From: a virus
Lineage: Duplodnaviria; Heunggongvirae; Uroviricota; Caudoviricetes
IMG/VR virus record: IMGVR_UViG_2778261572_000006
Location: 1-12,811 of that record
DNA length: 12,811 bases
Strand: one strand, 5' to 3'
A program made the position numbers and the translations under genes. Shown here in pieces: positions 6,992 to 12,811 of this stretch (position 1 is its first letter; each line of letters starts with the position of its first letter). The notes under the pieces were generated by a model that worked only from the letters and a program-made list of their open reading frames with translations, had not been told where the DNA came from and ran no database searches.

Positions 6992-8065
6992 ATGGATAAC
7001 AAAATCGTAGAAATTGAGACAAATAAGCTTGATTTTGACCCTAAAAACCCACGTTTCTTTCGTCTCAATGATGCCAGTAACGCTGCAACAGTCATTGAGG
7101 AAATGTTAGATGACGAAAGTGTCCACGATCTAATGCTATCAATCGGTCAGCAAGGTTACTTTCCTGGAGAACCTTTATTGGCAGTAAAAAGCAATGGAAA
7201 CTACATCGTGGTTGAGGGAAACAGACGCTTAGCTGCTGTAAAGTTGCTCAATGGAGATCTGCTTCCTCCAAAAAGAAAACTTAAAGGTGTGCAAGAAATC
7301 ATTGATGATACTACCAATAAACCTAAGAAGCTTCCCTGCATCATTTATGAAAACCGAGAGGATGTACTGAGATATATCGGTTATCGTCATATAACTGGGG
7401 TCAAAGAATGGGACTCATTATCTAAAGCCAAATACCTTAAAGAGTTATGTGATACTTTTTATTCACATGAGCCTAAAGAGATAGTATTAAAAAATCTGGC
7501 TCGTGAGATTGGGAGTAAACCACATTATGTTGCAACACTTCTCACTGCACTGAACTTATATGAAGTCGCGCATGACCATGAGTTTTTTAATTTACCCATG
7601 AAGGCTTCTGACGTGGAATTTTCATATATAACCACAGCTTTGGGATATTCAAAAATCACAAACTGGTTAGGTCTACAGGATAAAAAGGATTTTTTAGACC
7701 CAAATTTAAATGAAGAAAACCTTAAGCGTTTATTCTCTTGGTTTTTTGTGCCTGACCAACAAGGTAGAACCATCATCGGTGAGTCTCGAAGAATAAAAGA
7801 TATTGCAGCAGTGGTTGAGAAACCCGAAGCAATTGAAATTCTCATGAAAAGTTCAAACTTGGATGAAGCATATCTATATACCAGCGGAGAAAGAGAAGCA
7901 TTAGATAAAGCACTAAACGCAGCTAGTGTTAAATTAAGAGTAGTTTGGGATATGCTACTTAAAGCTAAAGAATTAACATTAGAGCATGAAGAGGCTGCAT
8001 CTGAAATTTTTGAGATGTCAAAAAATATTAGAAATCAGATCAGAAGCAAAAGGGAGGATGATTGA
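6992..8065 (+). CDS. ParB/Srx N-terminal-domain protein (ParB-like NTPase/nuclease-type domain), 357 aa; candidate defence-module component
   Basis: ATG at 6992 is preceded by GAGGT 6 nt upstream. Motifs KLDFDPKNPRF and YIVVEGNRRLAAVKLL fit the ParB N-terminal-domain pattern (xPNPxQPR ... GERRxRAA-type arginine box). Codon usage is AT-rich. The ORF-track start at 6860 adds 44 non-conserved-looking codons and is treated as leader. Confidence 0.6.
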   Translation: MDNKIVEIETNKLDFDPKNPRFFRLNDASNAATVIEEMLDDESVHDLMLSIGQQGYFPGEPLLAVKSNGNYIVVEGNRRLAAVKLLNGDLLPPKRKLKGVQEIIDDTTNKPKKLPCIIYENREDVLRYIGYRHITGVKEWDSLSKAKYLKELCDTFYSHEPKEIVLKNLAREIGSKPHYVATLLTALNLYEVAHDHEFFNLPMKASDVEFSYITTALGYSKITNWLGLQDKKDFLDPNLNEENLKRLFSWFFVPDQQGRTIIGESRRIKDIAAVVEKPEAIEILMKSSNLDEAYLYTSGEREALDKALNAASVKLRVVWDMLLKAKELTLEHEEAASEIFEMSKNIRNQIRSKREDD

Positions 8066-8069
8066 GATT

Positions 8070-9095
8070 ATGATTACAAATCTTGATTCAATGCCTTCTA
8101 ATGAGCCTTATTTATGGGCTGATTATATTGAGATATTGGCCTTAACTAATATCGACAGGTCATTCAGTCGAGGAGACCTATATAGCACACTGCAAGCTCA
8201 ACCCGAAGCAGTACTAGCTGAAACAGATGAAGCAGAAGAAGAGGGCGTTTATGATGTTGATGATGAAAATGATGCGCCTGTACGCAAGAGAACAAAACGA
8301 AGTGTTAGTCGAGCATATACTGACAGAAAGTGGAGCTATGCGATAGGCTTCATACGACAACGCATTGATTTATTTGGGGATAGTTACCCTTTTACTTTAT
8401 CAGAAGACAACGATACTGTAGAGTTACGTGATATATCAGAAAAGCCACTGGAACATTTAGAAAGACTATATTTAGCTTTACTAATCTGTGCTAACATAAA
8501 ATATGTCAACATAATGAGCAGAAGAGAGATAACGCGCAGTTTTGAACTAATTAGTTTACCTATTTTTGAAAGCCTAATGCCTAGCGGTAGCATAATAAAA
8601 GCATGCTGGGCTTCTGGTGGTCAAGCGGCCCCTTACACTGGAACTCTATATAATAAATTTAAGAGTATTGCTTCCGATATCCGTTGCACAGCGAACTTCA
8701 AAGAACGAGATTTCAGTCGAGGAAATAGTGGTGACGGAGGCCTTGACATAATTGCCTGGCATCCAATGGGAGATCAACGAGATGCCATCCCTATTTCTTT
8801 TGTTCAGTGTGGCTGTTCTCAAGAAGAGTGGGAAGCGAAGCAGCTTGAGGCCTCACCTGCGATGCTCTACAGTAAATTCCCCGTAGCTCACCGATGGGCA
8901 ACTTATTATTTCTTACCTCAAGATCTACGATGGATAGATGGTGAGTGGGCGCATAAAAATAAGTTAGGCGATGCTATTTTTGTTGATCGCCTAAGATTAA
9001 TCAATTTAACCAGAGCATCTGATAATATTGATCACAGTCAAAATATTAGCTATCTAGATATCATCCTTGATCCTTCCAGCGCGATCGCTGCTTAA
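8070..9095 (+). CDS. Hypothetical protein with a C-terminal Mrr-like PD-(D/E)xK nuclease-type motif, 341 aa; candidate defence effector
   Basis: ATG at 8070 lies 12 nt after GGAGG (8053..8057), which is inside the last codons of the upstream gene; an alternative ATG is at 8058. The motif GDGGLDIIAW ... ISFVQCGC ... EEWEAK resembles the Mrr catalytic core GDGG[IV]D ... QxK, from memory. An acidic stretch (ETDEAEEEGVYDVDDENDAP) is followed by a basic patch (VRKRTKRSVSR). AT-rich. Confidence 0.55.
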   Translation: MITNLDSMPSNEPYLWADYIEILALTNIDRSFSRGDLYSTLQAQPEAVLAETDEAEEEGVYDVDDENDAPVRKRTKRSVSRAYTDRKWSYAIGFIRQRIDLFGDSYPFTLSEDNDTVELRDISEKPLEHLERLYLALLICANIKYVNIMSRREITRSFELISLPIFESLMPSGSIIKACWASGGQAAPYTGTLYNKFKSIASDIRCTANFKERDFSRGNSGDGGLDIIAWHPMGDQRDAIPISFVQCGCSQEEWEAKQLEASPAMLYSKFPVAHRWATYYFLPQDLRWIDGEWAHKNKLGDAIFVDRLRLINLTRASDNIDHSQNISYLDIILDPSSAIAA

Positions 9096-10030
9096 TCCCA
9101 TAAATCTGGAAGGTTTCTAGCAACCGCCTCAAACAATGGAGGCGGTACTGCATTACCTACCACAGTATATTTCATATTAATAGAAGCCCGTTCAGTTTCT
9201 GGGAAAATTAAATCCCCAAAACCTTGTAAAATAGCAGCCTCTCGATAGCTAAACCTACGAGCTGGTGCATCCGAAGTAAATTGCCACTTATCAGGTCCCA
9301 ATTTTTCTAATGTTGGACTTATTGGATGTAGAGGCATATGTCTAGGATTTGCAACAATTGTTTTAGATATCTGATCCCAATCTTGCCTACGGTTTCGCGA
9401 TAGATAATACCAATGAAAATCGGCGTCATAAAACTCGCCAACAGGCCAAACAGGCATATGCCCAATAGCATCACGAATTGTGGAATATGGTGTCAAACCA
9501 TCACCATGTGTTGGTTTTGGAAATTTGTATGTAATACCGTAGTCCTTTCGTATTCCTACGATAAAGATTCGCTTCCTATCTTGGGATACCCCATAATGGG
9601 ACGCATTCAGAATTTGCGAGCTTACTGTATAACCTGCTTCTTCGAAAACTTTGAATTGATCCTTTAATAAATGCTCAAAGTTACGCCTTACCATACCAGA
9701 GACATTCTCTACAATGAATGCTTTTGGCTTAATTTTACTCAAAGCACGGGCAAACTCTAAATATAGTGTATTAATCTTTCTATCTGCCTTCCTTGCCCCA
9801 CCTTGACTAAATCCTTGGCAAGGATAGCATCCGATGAGCAACTCAGCAGAAGGGAACGACTGGAGCCCTGAGATATCGCCCAAAATGTAGTCAGTTTCAG
9901 GATGGTTTTCTAAGTAAACGTCCCTTGCGTAAGGCAAAATATCATTTGCCATAAGCACATTGAAACCTGCGTTCAAAACTCCCGCATCAGAACCACCACA
10001 TCCAGAAAAAAGTGAAACTACAGTTGGCAT
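9092..10030 (-). CDS. DNA (cytosine-5)-methyltransferase, 312 aa
   Basis: Canonical C5-MTase motifs in order: SLFSGCGG (motif I, FxGxG), GCYPCQGFS (motif IV, PCQ catalytic Cys), ENV (motif VI), QDRKRIFIVG (motif VIII), then a ~100-aa variable region and RRFSYREAAILQGF ... VGNAVPPPLFEAV (motifs IX/X). An AGGAGG RBS lies 6 nt before the ATG at 10030. Its stop codon overlaps the stop of the convergent gene ending at 9095. Confidence 0.85.
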   Translation of the reverse strand: MPTVVSLFSGCGGSDAGVLNAGFNVLMANDILPYARDVYLENHPETDYILGDISGLQSFPSAELLIGCYPCQGFSQGGARKADRKINTLYLEFARALSKIKPKAFIVENVSGMVRRNFEHLLKDQFKVFEEAGYTVSSQILNASHYGVSQDRKRIFIVGIRKDYGITYKFPKPTHGDGLTPYSTIRDAIGHMPVWPVGEFYDADFHWYYLSRNRRQDWDQISKTIVANPRHMPLHPISPTLEKLGPDKWQFTSDAPARRFSYREAAILQGFGDLIFPETERASINMKYTVVGNAVPPPLFEAVARNLPDLWD

Positions 10031-10272
10031 TGACCCCTCCTAAAAACCGACCGCGTATTATAGCGAAACACCCCGTTGGGAAAAGCTAGATTTTGCCAAG
10101 TCTTGATATTCTCACGTTTTAGTAGTTGTGGCCATCTTTAACGAGAAAAAGATAAAATTGACTTCTCATTAATTTTCAATAGGTTTAATTGTAAGCTCAA
10201 ACTAACGCCTCGCGACACTCGTTATTCAACCCCGCCAGCCCTGAAAACAAGTTTCACGACTGGCGGCGTTCT

Positions 10273-10491
10273 CTATCGTCTGCGTTGTGGTGGCGCAACT
10301 CTGGACTGACCGATATGGTTAAACCGCCCGTAATTATCCCGGACTATTTCGGCACACCCGACCAGCTCATCGGGCGTCAGATTTTCGTTGACCATAATCC
10401 GCTGTAAACGCTGAACAATAGCCATCAGCTTGATATTTTTAGTTTTATGGTGCGGTATCTCGCCTGGTATTCTGTGCATTATCCAAGCCAC
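10273..10491 (-). CDS. Small hypothetical ORF (50-72 codons depending on start), uncertain
   Basis: An ORF in the interval between the DUF3850-like gene and the methyltransferase. There is no convincing RBS for any of the three in-frame ATGs (10491, 10479, 10425), and it overlaps the 3' end of the upstream gene. Kept only as a possibility. Confidence 0.25.
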   Translation of the reverse strand: MAWIMHRIPGEIPHHKTKNIKLMAIVQRLQRIMVNENLTPDELVGCAEIVRDNYGRFNHIGQSRVAPPQRRR

Positions 10492-10921
10492 CCGTTTTGC
10501 TGTGCACGCTCCATCTGTTCATCTGAATAGTTCCATGCTCCATCCGTGGCAACCATTGCCCCGCCAGACATCCCCGTCTCTGGTTCATACATAACAGCAA
10601 GGCCGAGCTGATGCATAATTTCATGATTAATTCTGAATACCAAGCCACGCTCACTAAGTTCTTTCCAGTTCACAATCTCATATGCGCCTGTATTAAGCAG
10701 CTCAATACTTAGCAAGACATAATCTTCCAGCCAGTCTGACAGGTCAGTAACATCTGTTATCCGGGCTTCAACATTTCGCCCCGTATACACACCCTGCACC
10801 CATTCATACAAAATCAACGTGTCCCCGCGCTCATAATTACGGTCATTTTTCCGGAACTCTGCACGTTTCTTTCCTTCCAGCACAAGGTCGAAATATTTTG
10901 CGTGCAGCTTTACCTCGTGAA
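10479..10921 (-). CDS. DUF3850/ASCH-like (PUA-fold) domain protein, about 147 aa
   Basis: ATG at 10921 is preceded by GGAGTGGA. The N-terminal MAKIHEVKLHAKYFDLVLEGKKRAEFRKNDRNYERGDTLILYE fits the ASCH/DUF3850 pattern (GxKxxExR ... GDxLxL). It lies immediately downstream of gene A on the same strand. The ORF-track start at 10967 overlaps the A stop and is less likely. Confidence 0.55.
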
Positions 10922-10930
10922 TTTTTGCCA

Positions 10931-12673
10931 TTATGTCCACTCCATTACTGTTGAGAATCCCGGCCACTCATCAGCGACCGGATACGTGAATTTTTTCCCG
11001 TCATAATTTACGGTCGCGCCACGCGCCAGCGCCTCAAGCTCCCATCGCTGCGGCCTGATACCGTTCTGAGCAAGGTCAACGCGGATACGGGTAATTTGCG
11101 TTCGTTCCGACCGGGTCAGTCTGGCCGATGGCGCTATTTCATGTGGTTTTAACGGGCTTCCGTTTCTCTGCTGACGATTTGGTGTTCTCAGTTCGTGTTT
11201 TAATGCACCTCTGAGCGCCCTCACGACCTCCGGGTCATTCCATTCGATAACACCGTCATCAACCAGATTAAGCACTGCTGCGGCGTGCTCAGAAGGCGTG
11301 GGAGCCGGTAACGAAGTATCACCACCGGTGAGCTTTCCACAGTTATTGACAGGACTCCGAGGCGCGGCGATGCCGCTTTTTAAAGTCAAAGGCTCAACGA
11401 CCGGAACTTTCGGCACAATGCGCCAGTCCGTCGTTCTGGTGATATGAATATGACGCGCGCCGAGATGCGGCGCGTAAATGCCGACCACTCTCTCGACTTC
11501 TTCCTCGTACTCGTTAACGTCATCCGACGGGCTACGGGCGACCCTGACAGTCTGACAATCGCGCGGGACATTTGCCCCGCCCTGCGCGCTGATATACAAC
11601 GCAAAATCACCACTGTCTGCGGCGGCGCGTGCAGCCTCGACGCGTTCGTCAAACTCATCAGCAATGCTGACGCCGCGAGGCAATTTGCGTAGCTCACGGT
11701 AAGCCCCCATTGTCGGCAGGCCAACCGTTTTAAATTGCGGAATGCGCCACGTTGACGCCCATGCGGTAACAGCCGCGGCAGTATCTTTAAGCGGCTTACC
11801 GGTATCGTTATCGAGCTGACCATCCAGTGCATAGCCGTCGATGTTTTTTGAGATGTATTTCGCGATATATCCCGCAGCACCGCCCCGGTTAAGGTGTTTT
11901 GCCTGAAAACGGTTTCGCGCGGCTCCTCTTTCGTCTCCATCCTCTTTGAGCGCGTAGCGACGCATGATTTCAATAATCTGGTTACGCTGGCGTGGATTAC
12001 AAAAAAGCATCATATGCCAGTGCGGCGTTCCGTCGTGGTGTGGCTCGACGACACGCAAACCGTAGACCTGTAAATCATTATCCTTGAATGCCGTGCGCAT
12101 CAGGCTCCAGATACGGCAGAGATAACGCTGCGCATCCTTTGGATTAAATGCCTCATCGTTCCAGCCGTGATTAAGCTGCACGGTTTTACTTTCGCCTTTT
12201 CCGACCTGACGTGTCGGGTGATACTTTGACGGCGCGGTCAGCGTGATAAACATCCCCACATCACCCTCTGCAGCGGCGTAACGCTCAATACCGGCAATGG
12301 TGTTCATCAGCTCCATCCGGCGAATTTCAGGATTAGAAATACTGCCCATCACCTTACTGATAAGGTCGATGCGCTCGCCGGTTTCCCTGTTTTCAAGGTC
12401 ACACGATTTAAGAAATTCCAGATTTGCCTGGCGGCGCGCACGCACATCACGAATGGCATGTTTACTGGCATAAGGAGAACGGTCTTTATTGACCTCCCCG
12501 ACAGCTATCAGTAACGCTTCATGCCAGCGCATACGCTGGCCTTTAAGCTGATGAGTCCACCACTCATCGTTAAACAGGCGGGCAATGGCAGAATATGCCT
12601 GCCTCGTGGTCATCTGCCCTTTACGGTATTTTTTCCAGTAAAGCGGGGAAATATTGAAAGCACATGCAGCGCC
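10931..12673 (-). pseudogene. A: Replication initiation protein A (P2 gpA, rolling-circle HUH endonuclease), 5'-truncated by an IS10 insertion; about 580 C-terminal codons remain
   Basis: The product contains the HUH-type motif PHWHMMLF and the active-site tyrosine region GYIAKYISKN and ends ...FSTVMEWT, as in remembered P2 gpA. Reading upstream of the first ATG (12613), the frame continues as ...AFNISPLYWKKYRKGQ, which is still gpA-like, up to 12673. There it abuts the IS10 terminus, and an in-frame stop follows 4 codons into the IS. Confidence 0.85.
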
Positions 12674-12719
12674 CTGATGAATCCCCTAATGATTTTGGTA
12701 AAAATCATTAAGTTAAGGT

Positions 12720-12788
12720 GGATACACATCTTGTCATATGATCAAATGGTTTCGCGAAAAATCAATAATCAGACAACAAGATGTGCGA
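12720..12788 (-). ncRNA. IS10 RNA-OUT antisense RNA (pOUT transcript), position inferred
   Basis: Placed purely from remembered IS10 coordinates (RNA-OUT spans about element positions 47-115 and is complementary to the transposase start region). Not independently derivable from this sequence. Confidence 0.35.
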
Positions 12789-12811
12789 ACTCGATATTTT
12801 ACACGACTCTC
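12781..12811 (+). CDS. tnp: IS10 transposase, N-terminal 10 codons (partial; runs off the window)
   Basis: ATGTGCGAACTCGATATTTTACACGACTCT translates to MCELDILHDS, the remembered N-terminus of IS10 transposase. Confidence 0.8.
   Translation, partial: MCELDILHDS

Larger units (their letters stand above)
12674..12811 (+). mobile_element. IS10 (Tn10-type insertion sequence), outside end and first 138 bp; the element continues beyond the window
   Basis: Sequence from 12674 (CTGATGAATCCCCTAATGATTTTGGTAAAAATCATTAAGTTAAGGTGGATACACATCTTGTCATATGATCAAATGG...) is the IS10 outside terminus as I remember it. The transposase ATG falls at element position 108 (12781), as in IS10. Confidence 0.85.

Noticed and set aside
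6992-8065. The ParB-like protein as a plasmid- or prophage-partition ParB
   Set aside because: No ParA-type ATPase gene and no parS-like repeat array are visible in the window, and the gene is translationally coupled to a nuclease-like gene in a defence hotspot. A partition role cannot be fully excluded without homology searches.
6910-8593. Minus-strand ORFs 6910..7095, 7525..7845 and 8384..8593 inside the two-gene cassette
   Set aside because: Antisense to the better-supported plus-strand genes; short, with no RBS or motifs.
9413-9667. Plus-strand ORF 9413..9667 inside the methyltransferase gene
   Set aside because: Antisense to a gene with a complete set of ordered C5-MTase motifs.
10445-10654. 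Minus-strand ORF 10445..10654
   Set aside because: It overlaps the DUF3850/ASCH-like gene in a different frame, with no independent support.
11386-11973. ORFs 11386..11973 (minus) and 11444..11692 (plus) inside gene A
   Set aside because: Alternative-frame or antisense frames within the gpA coding region; gpA motifs are in the main frame.
1-12811. tRNA genes, attachment sites, CRISPR arrays or integrase
   Set aside because: No tRNA-like cloverleaf candidates, no CRISPR-like repeat-spacer periodicity and no integrase-like ORF were seen. In P2-like prophages the int/att end lies beyond gene A, outside this window.

Overview
The window is a degraded P2-like (Peduovirus-type) prophage remnant, inverted relative to the canonical P2 map, with two AT-rich cargo islands. 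All protein identifications rest on my reading of the supplied translations against remembered P2 protein sequences and family motifs; no database search was run. Left to right: a baseplate J fragment, W and V (minus strand); an AT-rich three-transmembrane-segment gene (plus); a convergent hairpin terminator; a 5' fragment of capsid gene N and an intact scaffold gene O (minus); terminase P and portal Q (plus); the 19-nt P2 cos sequence; an AT-rich cargo island in the cos-to-A slot; a DUF3850/ASCH-like gene; and replication gene A (minus), whose 5' end is cut off by an IS10 insertion at the right edge. The prophage looks crippled at three points (J stops after 60 codons, N is truncated with the M-to-S late genes absent, A is interrupted). 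The most interesting content is the cos-proximal island: a translationally coupled pair encoding a ParB-N-terminal-domain protein and an Mrr-like nuclease-domain protein, convergent with a complete C5-cytosine methyltransferase. I do not recognise this as a named defence system and propose it as a candidate restriction-like anti-phage module. No tRNA, rRNA or CRISPR array was seen.
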